The notes: generated by a model not told the origin, from the letters alone. Positions 17,322-26,811 are shown, counted from the stretch's first letter. The stretch is 64,000 bases of DNA from an uncultured virus (IMG/VR IMGVR_UViG_3300034418_011988) (IMGVR_UViG_3300034418_011988), one strand, 5' to 3'. Made by a program: numbers and translations.

Positions 17322-19775
17322 TCACTGCCCTCGTTGTTGGTTCTGAATCTTCAGAAGCTCTCGCTCCATCGCAGACTGAATCCGTGCCTGGGTCTGCCGC
17401 TCCTGCGCCGCCAAGCGCTCTTGGAACTGCTGCGCCCGCATCTGCTGATTCTGCGCGTCAAGCTCCAGCTTAGCACGATCAATCTCAGCATCCGACTGCT
17501 GCGCCTGAGCATCCAACTGAAGCTCCTGCTGCTTGAGCTGCACCAGCGGATCAGGCCCTTGCTGGCCCTCACCGGAAATCTGACCGGAAAGCTGCTTAAC
17601 CTGCTGCATGCCCTCAGCCATAAACTGCGCCTCAAGCTGCGCAACCTGAAGCTCCATCTGCTCAGGAGGCATTTGCTGCATCTGGGCAACCTGCTGCGCC
17701 GCCTGCTCCTGAGCCGCGATCCGCACGTGTTCCATCACGTGCTTCTGCAACGAAATAGCCACCGCCGGCAACTGAGCCACCATGCCAGAAGACCCAAAGA
17801 CCAAGTGCGCCATGATGTGCGCCTGATGGTTCTGGCCCTCAAAAGCTTGAAGCTTGATGTTGTCCAGAGCGTTAATGTTCTCCTGGGCAGGGTCCGTGGG
17901 CCGCGGTTCGTCCTCCGGCACCGACTTCATCAAGCGATCAACGTCCGTGACCCCCAGCGCCTCATACATGTCCCGAAACACTTCAGGCATGTTGTGCATA
18001 TCAGGGGCCTGGGCCGCGAGCTGCAACTTGGTCTGCGCCAGCAAAATACGCTGCGACTGGCTAAAGGTATTCGGATTGCTGACCGGAATCACATCCACCC
18101 GATCATCAAAGTCCTCAGCCATCACGGTGCCGTCTGCGCCAGCCACGGAATAAGGATATTCCTGGGGCAGAGACTCACTCATCACCCGGGCCAGAATCTT
18201 GAACTCCAACCGCATGGCGTAGTGCAAGCGCTTATGCACCGCACTCATCACCCGCGTGCCCTGCTCAATCATGGCCATGGTGGTCCCAACAGCAGCCTGC
18301 TGGTTCCCATCGCCCACCTTCAGGTCCGTGATCGTGGCAAAACGCTGCCCCGCCTGAACCACAAAGCCCAAAAGGTTAAACAGCGTCTGGTCGGGCCCCT
18401 TGAAAGGCAGCGGCATGAGCGAATCACGGATCGCGCCACCGGGGGCATCGACATCGCGGAATTCGCCCGGTTGCAGAGGATCATCATCGTCCCTGATCCG
18501 CAGCCCACGGGCCTTGAAGCCCGCCGGCAGGTTGCTCAGGGTGCCGGCATCAATAAGCTGGCGAAGCGCCGCGGTCGCCGTGCGGGACAAGCCACCAATG
18601 GTGTGGATAAGCCCCAGACCATAGAAGCCAAAGCCCTGCAAGAACTTGTAATGCACAAAATACTTGATCTTGCGCTTCTGCTCGTCGTCCTCACGGTAAT
18701 TCCGCCGGATCGACAGAATCTGGCCGTTGTCCTGGGACAACGTGACCACATAAGGCACCTTGATGCCCGTCGGCTCGCCATCCTCGTCAAGGTCTTCGTA
18801 ACCCTCAAGGTCCAAATCAACGTGGCACTCAAGGATCGTGCAATCATAGTCGATGTTGCTGGGCTCCAACCCATCAATCCGATCCATGATTCCATCAATT
18901 TCGTTGGCGTCCCGCTGCCCAGGGAGCACCTCAATGTCGCGATAAAACCCAGACACCTGCCGCTTGCGCAAATCATTCAAAGACATGCGCACAATCTGGG
19001 TGATGTTAGGGCAAGTCTCTAAATCCGACGTCTCGTAAGGGACAATGAGGTTTTCAGCAGGGACAAACTTCGACACCGCACGGCCCAGGGACTCGTCGTA
19101 GTAAACCTTTTTGAAGGTCGAGCCCGCCAGCGGCAGATAAAACAGCATCTGATCCATGTCAGGAGTGTAGTCCTCCATGACATTGGTCAGATAGTAATTC
19201 ATGAACTGAGACACGCGCCGGGACTGAGCCACCTTCTCCGGCGTCTCATCCCCCATGACCACGGTCCGCACAGGGCCCCCAGGCGGCAAAAGCTCATTAA
19301 ACGCCTGCGCCTGAAACTGGGTGGCGGCTTCCGCCAATAATGGGTGAGTTACGCCACTCGCACCACGGAACGGCTGAGTACGCTCCTCATAGGTGAAGCC
19401 CAGAAGCTCCAGCCCGTCAGCATACGCATCTTCCCACTCCTGCCGCGACGCCTTGTTCGAGTCAAACTCGCCCAAAAGCTCCGAAGCAATCCGCCCAAGC
19501 TCTCGCTCCGGCATTTCTTCAGCCAAGTTGGCGTAGAAGTCTTCGTCCTCGCCCCGGCGGTCAGAAGGCTCAAAATCCACCTCCACACCACCATCCTCGG
19601 TCGGCGAAATCTCAATCTCCCCCACCCCCTCAGCCGCCATCAAAGCATAAACATTGTCCTGACTACCCGGCAGCTCAATCTCAAGCTCGTCAGAAAGGTC
19701 TTGCTCATCAAGCTGCGACGGCACATTCCGGTCCATCAGACCGCCCATGCCTCGCGGATATTCAGATTCAGCCAT
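17322..19775 (-). CDS. Portal protein
   Basis: 817 aa, P22-like podovirus portal layout (HPLLAEA..QFQAQA, LPLAGSTFKKVY, GFYGLG, Gln-rich C-terminal barrel); near TerL. Confidence 0.85.
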   Translation of the reverse strand: MAESEYPRGMGGLMDRNVPSQLDEQDLSDELEIELPGSQDNVYALMAAEGVGEIEISPTEDGGVEVDFEPSDRRGEDEDFYANLAEEMPERELGRIASELLGEFDSNKASRQEWEDAYADGLELLGFTYEERTQPFRGASGVTHPLLAEAATQFQAQAFNELLPPGGPVRTVVMGDETPEKVAQSRRVSQFMNYYLTNVMEDYTPDMDQMLFYLPLAGSTFKKVYYDESLGRAVSKFVPAENLIVPYETSDLETCPNITQIVRMSLNDLRKRQVSGFYRDIEVLPGQRDANEIDGIMDRIDGLEPSNIDYDCTILECHVDLDLEGYEDLDEDGEPTGIKVPYVVTLSQDNGQILSIRRNYREDDEQKRKIKYFVHYKFLQGFGFYGLGLIHTIGGLSRTATAALRQLIDAGTLSNLPAGFKARGLRIRDDDDPLQPGEFRDVDAPGGAIRDSLMPLPFKGPDQTLFNLLGFVVQAGQRFATITDLKVGDGNQQAAVGTTMAMIEQGTRVMSAVHKRLHYAMRLEFKILARVMSESLPQEYPYSVAGADGTVMAEDFDDRVDVIPVSNPNTFSQSQRILLAQTKLQLAAQAPDMHNMPEVFRDMYEALGVTDVDRLMKSVPEDEPRPTDPAQENINALDNIKLQAFEGQNHQAHIMAHLVFGSSGMVAQLPAVAISLQKHVMEHVRIAAQEQAAQQVAQMQQMPPEQMELQVAQLEAQFMAEGMQQVKQLSGQISGEGQQGPDPLVQLKQQELQLDAQAQQSDAEIDRAKLELDAQNQQMRAQQFQERLAAQERQTQARIQSAMERELLKIQNQQRGQ

Positions 19776-19822
19776 CTTGTCTGTCCTCTAGGGCCGTGGG
19801 CCGCGGATAGTCCATCATAATC

Positions 19823-20995
19823 CTATTTGTTCTCATTGCGAGCCTGGGACGCGAGATAAGCCGCGCCGATACCGGCAGCCGCCGGAGACGCCAAAAGGTT
19901 CGCAGAACCCCTCTGGTCAGGATCAAAAGCCGCCTGAGGCAATCTGACGGTGCTTGGGTCAAACACCGAGTATATTTCAGCGTCGCTCATGTCAGAAAGC
20001 AGCGCACGGCGAAGCTCGCGATCCCTACCGGCCATCATTTCCGCGGCACTGCTAGCCGCCTTGTAATTTGGGCCGATGTCCGTGATGTCTTGAAAAGTTA
20101 CGCCGGGGAAGCCCCTTGCTCTTAACTCGCGAGCTATTTCGTTTGTGCTTCCGCTAATCCGTTCTAAATCGGGCTGGCCAGGAACGTCTAAGTAGCCGTC
20201 AATTTCGTTCCAATTTCGACCGCCCCCGAGCACCACCGGGTATTCTTCGTCTCTCATGAGAAACCTATACATGGCCCCGCCTTTTTCTATGTCGGGGGGC
20301 ACGTATGTATTACCCAAAACGGGAGTATTAGTCATAAAGCTGCCGGAGTATGCACGTTCAAAACGACCCGCGTCCGGGTCAATAGCCTCCGCACTGGCTA
20401 GCTCAGGAGAGCCCGCATGGAAAGCTTCCTGTCGATAGCCCTGCTCCCGCGCCCGCGCCATGCGGCTAGCCTCGTCCATAGGCAAATCACCCAGGGCAAT
20501 CTTCGCCGCCGTAGGCTCGGGATACCCAAGCTCAAGAAGGGTCCGGTAAAGCCCCTCAACCTCCTCCGCAGGAAGCTGCTTGGCAGAAGCAAGCTGGAGC
20601 GCCCGCTGGAGGGCTCGGGGCCCCTTCAGAGCAGCAGCCGCAGCGGGCCCCACAACAGGAACCGCCATGGCCGCATCACCCAAAACACCTAAGCCCTGAA
20701 GCGCCGCGGTGCCATAATTGCCTTCTTCGATGTTCTCTTTGAGGCTCGCGGCCCGCGGGCCGGAAAGCATTTCCGCGACCGTCATGTCAGAAGTAGGGAA
20801 TTCAGGGGCCTCGCCAGAAGCTTCCAGGGCCCCTGCGCCAGGAGCAAAGCTGGCCGCAAGATACGCAAGCTGTGCTTCGGTCAGGAAAGAATCAATATCC
20901 GGGCGCTGACGGCGGGCCATCTGGCCACCGCCGGTAACACGCTGAACCTCGTCCGCCATCGGCAAAGAGGCAATACCCTGAGCTTCTTGTGCCAT
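19823..20995 (-). CDS. Putative virion protein with a C-terminal ADP-ribosyltransferase-like (ART-PolyVal-type) domain
   Basis: AFHAG, GSFMT, RARGFPGV and YSVFDPSTVR...AAFDP motifs in the order seen in ART-PolyVal domains. Confidence 0.5.
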   Translation of the reverse strand: MAQEAQGIASLPMADEVQRVTGGGQMARRQRPDIDSFLTEAQLAYLAASFAPGAGALEASGEAPEFPTSDMTVAEMLSGPRAASLKENIEEGNYGTAALQGLGVLGDAAMAVPVVGPAAAAALKGPRALQRALQLASAKQLPAEEVEGLYRTLLELGYPEPTAAKIALGDLPMDEASRMARAREQGYRQEAFHAGSPELASAEAIDPDAGRFERAYSGSFMTNTPVLGNTYVPPDIEKGGAMYRFLMRDEEYPVVLGGGRNWNEIDGYLDVPGQPDLERISGSTNEIARELRARGFPGVTFQDITDIGPNYKAASSAAEMMAGRDRELRRALLSDMSDAEIYSVFDPSTVRLPQAAFDPDQRGSANLLASPAAAGIGAAYLASQARNENK

Positions 20996-21012
20996 GCCGG
21001 CCTCGCATGGGG

Positions 21013-22464
21013 TCAGTAATAGACTGGAATCCTAACAGAGCTATCCTCATCCTCCCAGTCGTCCGTCGGCAACTGCACAAAGTTGCCCTGGCGATAGCGC
21101 ATGAGCGCCTGCGTCATGCTATCAACCAAGTCATCATGCTCGCCATTCGGAAAAGCCGCAACTTCCTCAATCAACTCGTCCGCAAAGGTCGTATCGGGGG
21201 CCCAGACCATCCCGGCTTCCAAAAGCGGCGAAATCGCATGGACCCGACTCACCTTGTCATTCCCACGGCTCGGAGTGAAATTCACCACAGGAATACCCAC
21301 CTGACGCAATTCATGGGTCAGAGGCATACCAGAAGCCTTCGCTTCCACAATTACCGTATCGGGCTCCCAATACTTGTACTCGTCAAAGGCAATCGCCTTC
21401 AACTCAGGGAAATCCCACCGCCCCTTCTTGCTGTCCAACAGGATAAGGTTCGGGGGGCCCCCCTCCTGCGGATAAAACACACCCCAGGTCGTGATGGCAG
21501 AGAAGTCAGAAGTCTCCCGCTTACTGAACGCCGTGTCGTAAGACTGGATCACATACTGCAACTGCGGAATCTTGTCCTTCTCCCAGCGCTTCCACCACTC
21601 CCGCTTGATAATGGCGTTCTCTTCACCGGTCGGGTTCTGCTGATACTGCGCATTCCACTTGCTTGGCGGGATTGATGCGCGGACCGCGGTCAGGTCTTCA
21701 ATGCTCCAGAACTCCGGCCAGCACGGCGTCCCATCATCAAAAATGGCCGGAAGCTCCACCACCTCCCACTGGTCCGCCAGAGGGTCTTTAGCCTGCGCCC
21801 TCAGAAGCTGACCGGTTAAGTCCTTCTCCGACCACCGGGTCTGGACCAAAACAATCGCCCCACCCGGCTGCAAACGCTGCCGGGGGCCCCCGGTGTACCA
21901 GTCATAGGCATACTCAAACCCGTTCGCAGACATCGCCGTCTGCTCCGAGTGCGGGTCGTCAATGATACAGAGGTCCGCACCACGGCCCGCGAGGTTCGAG
22001 CCAACGCCCACGGCGTAGTACATGCCCCCAGCAGCCGTGTCCCAGCGACCAGAAGCCTTGCTGTCCGCCGAGAGCTTCACCTCGGGGAAGACCTCCTTGT
22101 ACTCGTCCGCGTCCAGAAGGTTCTTCGTCTTTCGACCAAAGTTGACCGCCAGCTCGGTCGTGTGCGTCGCTTGGATGATCTTCATCTTCGAGTTGCGGCC
22201 CATCATCCAGGCCGGGAACAGGTAACTGGCGAACTCGGACTTCGTATGGCGGGGCGCCATGTTGATGATCAGACGTTTAAGCTCGCCCCGCGCTACGCGC
22301 TCAAGCTTCTCCGCAATGATGTAATGGTGTCGCCCGGCAATGAACTCGGGCCACATAGCTTTGACGAAATCCAAAAAATTTTCTTGGCACCGCTCGTTCC
22401 TCTCCAACTGCGCAAGGCGCAACTGAAGCTTCAGAACTGTCTCGTCGTTGGCGTCGATCCGCAT
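21013..22464 (-). CDS. terL: Terminase large subunit
   Basis: Walker A-like APRHTKS, Walker B IIDDPH, QTRW, nuclease motifs SYDTA and HDDLVDS. Confidence 0.95.
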   Translation of the reverse strand: MRIDANDETVLKLQLRLAQLERNERCQENFLDFVKAMWPEFIAGRHHYIIAEKLERVARGELKRLIINMAPRHTKSEFASYLFPAWMMGRNSKMKIIQATHTTELAVNFGRKTKNLLDADEYKEVFPEVKLSADSKASGRWDTAAGGMYYAVGVGSNLAGRGADLCIIDDPHSEQTAMSANGFEYAYDWYTGGPRQRLQPGGAIVLVQTRWSEKDLTGQLLRAQAKDPLADQWEVVELPAIFDDGTPCWPEFWSIEDLTAVRASIPPSKWNAQYQQNPTGEENAIIKREWWKRWEKDKIPQLQYVIQSYDTAFSKRETSDFSAITTWGVFYPQEGGPPNLILLDSKKGRWDFPELKAIAFDEYKYWEPDTVIVEAKASGMPLTHELRQVGIPVVNFTPSRGNDKVSRVHAISPLLEAGMVWAPDTTFADELIEEVAAFPNGEHDDLVDSMTQALMRYRQGNFVQLPTDDWEDEDSSVRIPVYY

Positions 22465-22488
22465 GAATCCTCCGGGGGCCCCTGGCGC

Positions 22489-22517
22489 AATCTATGGCAG
22501 AAAGTCGCATAGGTCAA
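22489..22517 (-). promoter_or_regulatory. Sigma70-type promoter for the terL/virion operon
   Basis: TTGACC-17 bp-TAGATT, ending about 25 bp upstream of the terL ATG. Confidence 0.6.
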
Positions 22518-22669
22518 GGAGGCCAAATTCGGGGCCTTCTTAGCACCTTTTGGCATAAGTAACGCGAATTGTTTGAGACGCCGTTATTCAATCCGCGAAT
22601 AACCTGTATGGATATACATACTCATACCGTTTTTCTGCTGAATATTTGTCAAAAACATGGACCTTGCCC

Positions 22670-23050
22670 TCGTCCCCCCGCGCGGGGGGCCGCGACGCCC
22701 GAGCTTTGGGTTAGTGAGCGCTCACTTCGGCGGATGACCCGATAGGCCGGGGCCCCTGGACCTCGTTAGTTGCAAAATGCAATAGAGACCAGGCGGCGTG
22801 GACCAGGGACCAGGGGCGCGGCGCGCGGTCCTGGGCGCGTTATTTGAGGGCCTTAATATGCGTTTAAATGCGCTTATATATTAAACGCGCTGGCGCTTAC
22901 ATATTAAGCGCGCTGGCGCTTAATTATTAAAGGCCCGGGGTTTACATATTTAAAGCGCGGCCCACGGCCCACGGGGCGCGGACCACGGCCCACGGCCCGG
23001 GGCGCTGGCGATAGGCTGCGCCTATCAAAGCGCGGCCCTGGGGGCGCGAT
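22670..23050. repeat. Non-coding repeat/palindrome cluster, putative genome-end or packaging region
   Basis: Palindromes CCCCCCGCGCGGGGGG (22674-22689) and AGTGAGCGCTCACT (22713-22726); tandem ATATTAARCGCGCTGGCGCTTA units (~22879-22923); CCACGGC 7-mer array (~22955-23003). Confidence 0.55.
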
Positions 23051-23258
23051 CGGGGCGCCGATCGGACAGGAAAGCGGCCCTGGGGCATAGGCAAAAGCTA
23101 TTCGGTACGTTTTACGGGGGCAAAGGGGCGCGGCCCGGGGCAGGTTTAACTAAATAAATGAAGAATGCTCGAGGGGGCATACCAGGACAACATTAACAAC
23201 TGGCGCTCGAGCGCGGCGGCGGCCGCCAGGACAAAACGCCAGGACAAAACGCCAGGAC

Positions 23259-23302
23259 AAAAAAAGGGGCGCTTAGCGCCCCTGGTCAGTAGATCGGGAA
23301 GG
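23259..23302 (-). terminator. Cassette terminator T1 with CCTTCCCGATCTAC box
   Basis: AGGGGCGC-TAA-GCGCCCCT hairpin plus T-run on the minus strand. Confidence 0.8.
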
Positions 23303-23303
23303 G

Positions 23304-23384
23304 TTAGGCGAGCGCCATGGCGGCCAGGACAAAACAAAACCAAAGCCAGAGCGCGGCGGCCAGGACATTACGCGCCATGATCAT
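23304..23384 (-). CDS. 26-aa hydrophobic micropeptide (not in the ORF track)
   Basis: MIMARNVLAAALWLWFCFVLAAMALA; TGATG coupling with the upstream gene; ends just before the terminator box. Confidence 0.45.
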   Translation of the reverse strand: MIMARNVLAAALWLWFCFVLAAMALA

Positions 23385-23701
23385 CACCACGCCCCCATGC
23401 TTTCGAGCGCGGCGCGATCGCGGTCTAGCATTGCGACCAGGGCGCGGCGCTTATGAGTCAGACCTTCGCACCAAGCGTCGATTTCATTAAACAGAGCGCG
23501 GCTTTCCGGGCCGAAAAACATCATATGCCCCAGCCCCATTTTATAGGGGTTGGCGTTAGCCGTTAGCGCTTGCCACGCGGCGGCGGCGGGCGTCCCCATG
23601 CGCGGACATTGCGCCTTTAGCCGGCCCTTATTTGCGCCCCGGCTTACCAGGGCGCCCCGGATGGCATCGCGCGCGGCGGCGCTAAGTTTCGTATTTTCCA
23701 T
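23384..23701 (-). CDS. Hypothetical early protein (cassette 1)
   Basis: 105 aa with GGGAG RBS, own promoter and leader hairpin. Confidence 0.75.
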   Translation of the reverse strand: MENTKLSAAARDAIRGALVSRGANKGRLKAQCPRMGTPAAAAWQALTANANPYKMGLGHMMFFGPESRALFNEIDAWCEGLTHKRRALVAMLDRDRAALESMGAW

Positions 23702-23721
23702 TTTTTAATGCTCCCAATTGA

Positions 23722-23776
23722 GCCGGCCCCGTGCCGGCATAGGGTTAATCCTATGCGCATAGGCGCATAGGCGCAA
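23722..23776 (-). promoter_or_regulatory. Cassette 1 promoter and 5' hairpin
   Basis: TTGCGC-17-TAGGAT, then 7 nt, then AT-GCCGGC-ACGGG-GCCGGC. Confidence 0.75.
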
Positions 23777-23781
23777 GGCAC

Positions 23782-23824
23782 AAAAAAGGGCGCCCCGAAG
23801 GGCGCCCCTGGTAGATCGGGAAGG
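23782..23824 (-). terminator. Cassette terminator T2 with CCTTCCCGATCTAC box
   Basis: GGGCGCCC-TTCG-GGGCGCCC-T7. Confidence 0.85.
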
Positions 23825-23828
23825 AAAA

Positions 23829-24536
23829 CTAGGCGGCGGCGATCAAGCGCGAAGCGTCCACGATAAAGGCGCTCTCGCTTGTCCGGGCGCGGCCCTTTGC
23901 CTTGAGGCCCACGATAACGGGGCCCGCCAGGACATTCGCTAAATCGCTGGCGTCCCCATCAATAACGCGGCGCCCAAGGAAAACGGACGGGAAAGGCCCG
24001 CGAAAGACTGCCGCGATCGGCGCGGCGGACGCTTGCGCGCGGCGGACGCTTGCGCGGAAAGCCGGCGCCCCGGAATAGGAAAAAATCAATCGATAGTTTT
24101 CCGGGGTTTTACCTAAGCGCGAAGCGTTTTTAGTGTAATCGTAAAAAAACAGGGACGGGAAGGCCTGGGGAATGCCATGCTTTTCCCAAGGTATGTCAGA
24201 AAGCACGTTAAGCCGGACCGCGCCCCTAACGCCCTGGCGCGCACATAGGCCCTGGAAATTTTCCAATTCCCTGGCGAGAGCCGCCAGGAAAGCGCGGCGA
24301 TCGTCATGCCAGAGCGCGGCCTTACGCTGGCGCGCGGCCTGAACATTCGGAAAAACCCCACGCCCCGCCGTGTCCAGGCAAGGCGCCGCGCATCCGGCCT
24401 TATGCCGCCAGGGGCAGAGAATGTCATCAGGCGAAAGGGAAAGGCCGGCTAGGCGATACTCTGCAGCGCCCTTGTCCGTTTTGCGCAGTTTGGTATTTCC
24501 GCCGCGCGTATCCAAAAGCTTGATTTTGTGAGCCAT
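23829..24536 (-). CDS. Phage GP88-like Cys-cluster protein (cassette 2)
   Basis: CP-x5-GC-x3-CL, VRLNVLSDI, FYDYTK, YRLIFS and VGLKAKG motifs; ATG 24536 after GGGGA. Confidence 0.65.
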   Translation of the reverse strand: MAHKIKLLDTRGGNTKLRKTDKGAAEYRLAGLSLSPDDILCPWRHKAGCAAPCLDTAGRGVFPNVQAARQRKAALWHDDRRAFLAALARELENFQGLCARQGVRGAVRLNVLSDIPWEKHGIPQAFPSLFFYDYTKNASRLGKTPENYRLIFSYSGAPAFRASVRRAQASAAPIAAVFRGPFPSVFLGRRVIDGDASDLANVLAGPVIVGLKAKGRARTSESAFIVDASRLIAAA

Positions 24537-24555
24537 TGAAAAATCCCCATTGAAG

Positions 24556-24610
24556 GCCGGCCCCGCGCCGGCATGGGGCATATCCTATGCGCTTTAACCT
24601 ATACGCGCAA
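24556..24610 (-). promoter_or_regulatory. Cassette 2 promoter and 5' hairpin
   Basis: TTGCGC-17-TAGGAT, then 7 nt, then AT-GCCGGC-GCGGG-GCCGGC. Confidence 0.75.
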
Positions 24611-24614
24611 ACAC

Positions 24615-24658
24615 AAAAAAAAGGGCGCCACGCGGGCGCCCTTGGTAGATCGGGAAGG
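24615..24658 (-). terminator. Cassette terminator T3 with CCTTCCCGATCTAC box
   Basis: AAGGGCGCC-loop-GGCGCCCTT plus T-run. Confidence 0.85.
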
Positions 24659-24663
24659 AAAGG

Positions 24664-24927
24664 CTAGGCCGCGGCGGCGGCCGTCAGTAGATCGTCTAGG
24701 CGCTGGCCGAATTCAGCGAGGGCGCGCTCCCGGCTGGAATGGTAGCCACCAACGTTAAGGCCGCCGTTTGCCGTGCTAAACCGATGCACGGCCCAGGGGT
24801 GCGGCCCATGGGCAAGGCATAGGGTAATCGCGGCCCCCATTGCAGGGACCGCGTGAATGGCGACAAGCTCGAAGCCCTGGCGCTGCGCTTCCGCGTCGGC
24901 GGCGGCGATGATATCGGCATGATCCAT
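24664..24927 (-). CDS. Hypothetical early protein (cassette 3, second gene)
   Basis: GGAGG RBS before ATG 24927; ends immediately before T3. Confidence 0.65.
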   Translation of the reverse strand: MDHADIIAAADAEAQRQGFELVAIHAVPAMGAAITLCLAHGPHPWAVHRFSTANGGLNVGGYHSSRERALAEFGQRLDDLLTAAAAA

Positions 24928-24929
24928 TT

Positions 24930-25346
24930 TCAAACCTCCAATGCGCGCACAACGCGCTCAGTTTCCGGGCGAAGGGAAGCCAACGCCGGCGTGATCAGAT
25001 CAAGTAAAGCCTCGCGAATCGCCCCGGGCAGAGCGGCGGCCACCGCCTGATCGATTCGGGCCGCCACCTCGTCTTCCACGCCTGCCCCGCCTAGGCGCGC
25101 GTCAAGCGCGCCCTCTACGGCGTCGTCTAGCTTGTCTTCAAGCTGCGCATAGACTTGATCCTCGACTTCCGCAGGCAATTTTTCATCAATGGCGCGCTCA
25201 ATTTCATTATCAAAATCAGGCAGCAAGTTATTAATGGCGCGCTCGATTTCAGGCAGTTTGTGATCAATGACGCGCTCAATTTCGGGCTGCATAAGCACCA
25301 CCAAGGCGCCCGCAAGTTGCTGCAAAAAAGCGTTCTCATTTTCCAT
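24930..25346 (-). CDS. Acidic coiled-coil protein with EIERxI repeats (cassette 3)
   Basis: MENENAF...PEIERVIDHKL PEIERAINNLL...EIERAIDEKLP; GGGAG RBS; leader hairpin at 25366-25382. Confidence 0.7.
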   Translation of the reverse strand: MENENAFLQQLAGALVVLMQPEIERVIDHKLPEIERAINNLLPDFDNEIERAIDEKLPAEVEDQVYAQLEDKLDDAVEGALDARLGGAGVEDEVAARIDQAVAAALPGAIREALLDLITPALASLRPETERVVRALEV

Positions 25347-25488
25347 TTTTGAAGCTCCCAATTGGGCCCGCCCCGTGCGGGCATGGGAATGATCGCATAG
25401 GTTTTGGGGAAAAGAAAAGGGCGCCGCATGGGCGCCCCTGGTCAGAAAAAACGGCGCACCCGCTGGGGGATGCGCCATGCCCGAAACA

Positions 25489-26688
25489 TCAGGCGACGGC
25501 GGCGAGCAACTCACCGGCCTTGCGTTCTAACGTCACGCGATCCTCTTGGTGCGGAATGTCCCGGGCAACTGCGGTTATCGCCTGGGCAGCATCCCAGACA
25601 GTGCGCATTTCGCGGCCCTCTTCCGAAAGGTGACGGGAAAGCGCAGCCGTCGCTAGGCGCTGACTCATCCCGGCGCGGCGGGTAAGGAATTTAAGCTGCG
25701 TATCCTTATCGTGCGCGATTTCGGCAGCCTTCGCGGCCTGGGTGGTTTCAATGAAAGACCGCGCCCCGGAACGGGCAAAGTCAGCCAGGGCAGGGCGGGC
25801 CTCAGCGGCGAACCGGTCGGGCGCGTACTTCGTATGCCGGATGCGGATTTCTTGGAAATCCTGAATCCCCGTTAGCAAGCGGTTATTGCACACTCCGCGA
25901 AGGTAAAACCCCGCGATGCCCGCAGTCTTTGAGCCCACCTCAGAATTCCACGCATAGAAACCCTTAAAGACTAGATCGGGCTCGCCGCTAGGCAGGCGCC
26001 CCACCTCAATCGGGTTTCGGTCATCAACCAAAAACACAAAAACGTCCCGATCCGACGCGAAAAGGGAAGTGCTTTCTAGCGTCACGGGTGCTTCAGGGTC
26101 ATACGTCATGCGCTCCCCGTTCCAGTTCAGCAAGCGCCCTGGGATTTTCCAGCGCCCGCCGGACTCCTCCACTAGTCGCTGGATCGGTTCGAGCAATTCG
26201 AGATCGTGAATCCGCCCATAGTCGGGGCCGGTCATAGCGCGCAGGTGAGTGCCCGCAGGGCCCGCGTAAGCCTTCACTTGCTCGCGGCTGCGATTGTGGC
26301 GCAGGCCCCATTGAATGCAGTCGGCAGCCAAAGGCGCAGGAAGATCGCGGAGGTAGGCCGCAGGGGCGCCAGAAAGCTGGGCAAGCTGGCCCAGGCTCCA
26401 GTGCGTGGGACGGCGCAGGCCCTCCCCGTTGGCGTCGCGGTAGCTGACCATGACGCTCCCGTGGCGGGGGTTGTTTTCATCAATGTCCCCGATCACTTCG
26501 AGGTCATGCGTATCCACAATGCTGCTCCGCAGGTTTTGCGAATCGCTGCGCTTGAAATCGATCATTTCCTGCAGGCTCAGGAACCGCTCATCCATCGGGC
26601 GGGTATGCCACTCAGTGGCAATGCGAGAAGAGGTTTGGCCAGTTTGCGTACCGGCGACGGTGAAAGGCGCGTGAAAGACGTTGCTCAT
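25489..26688 (-). CDS. DUF932-like protein (cassette 4)
   Basis: RAMTGPDYGRIHD, FASDRDVFVFL, WNSEVGS, RGVCNN, IRHT motifs; leader hairpin at 26714-26732. Confidence 0.7.
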   Translation of the reverse strand: MSNVFHAPFTVAGTQTGQTSSRIATEWHTRPMDERFLSLQEMIDFKRSDSQNLRSSIVDTHDLEVIGDIDENNPRHGSVMVSYRDANGEGLRRPTHWSLGQLAQLSGAPAAYLRDLPAPLAADCIQWGLRHNRSREQVKAYAGPAGTHLRAMTGPDYGRIHDLELLEPIQRLVEESGGRWKIPGRLLNWNGERMTYDPEAPVTLESTSLFASDRDVFVFLVDDRNPIEVGRLPSGEPDLVFKGFYAWNSEVGSKTAGIAGFYLRGVCNNRLLTGIQDFQEIRIRHTKYAPDRFAAEARPALADFARSGARSFIETTQAAKAAEIAHDKDTQLKFLTRRAGMSQRLATAALSRHLSEEGREMRTVWDAAQAITAVARDIPHQEDRVTLERKAGELLAAVA

Positions 26689-26784
26689 AATGATCACTCC
26701 AAAGGTTAAGGGCGGGCCTCCCCGTGAGGCCCATGCGAATCCTCTCATCATATCCCATGGGGGTGCAACTGTTTTTCCAAAAAT

Positions 26785-26811
26785 AAAAAAGGCGCCCGTA
26801 GGCGCCCTGGT
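26785..26811 (-). terminator. Cassette terminator T5
   Basis: CCAG-GGCGCC-TACG-GGCGCC-T6. Confidence 0.75.

Noticed and set aside
17250..19022. Long plus-strand ORFs antisense to portal, polA (34953-36236), the ejection genes and others
   Set aside because: They are shadow frames of high-GC coding genes, with no recognisable motifs, and they fully overlap well-supported minus-strand genes.
22713..22726. lac operator or vector contamination
   Set aside because: Only the 12-bp core GTGAGCGCTCAC matches the symmetric operator. The AATT flanks and any vector context are missing.
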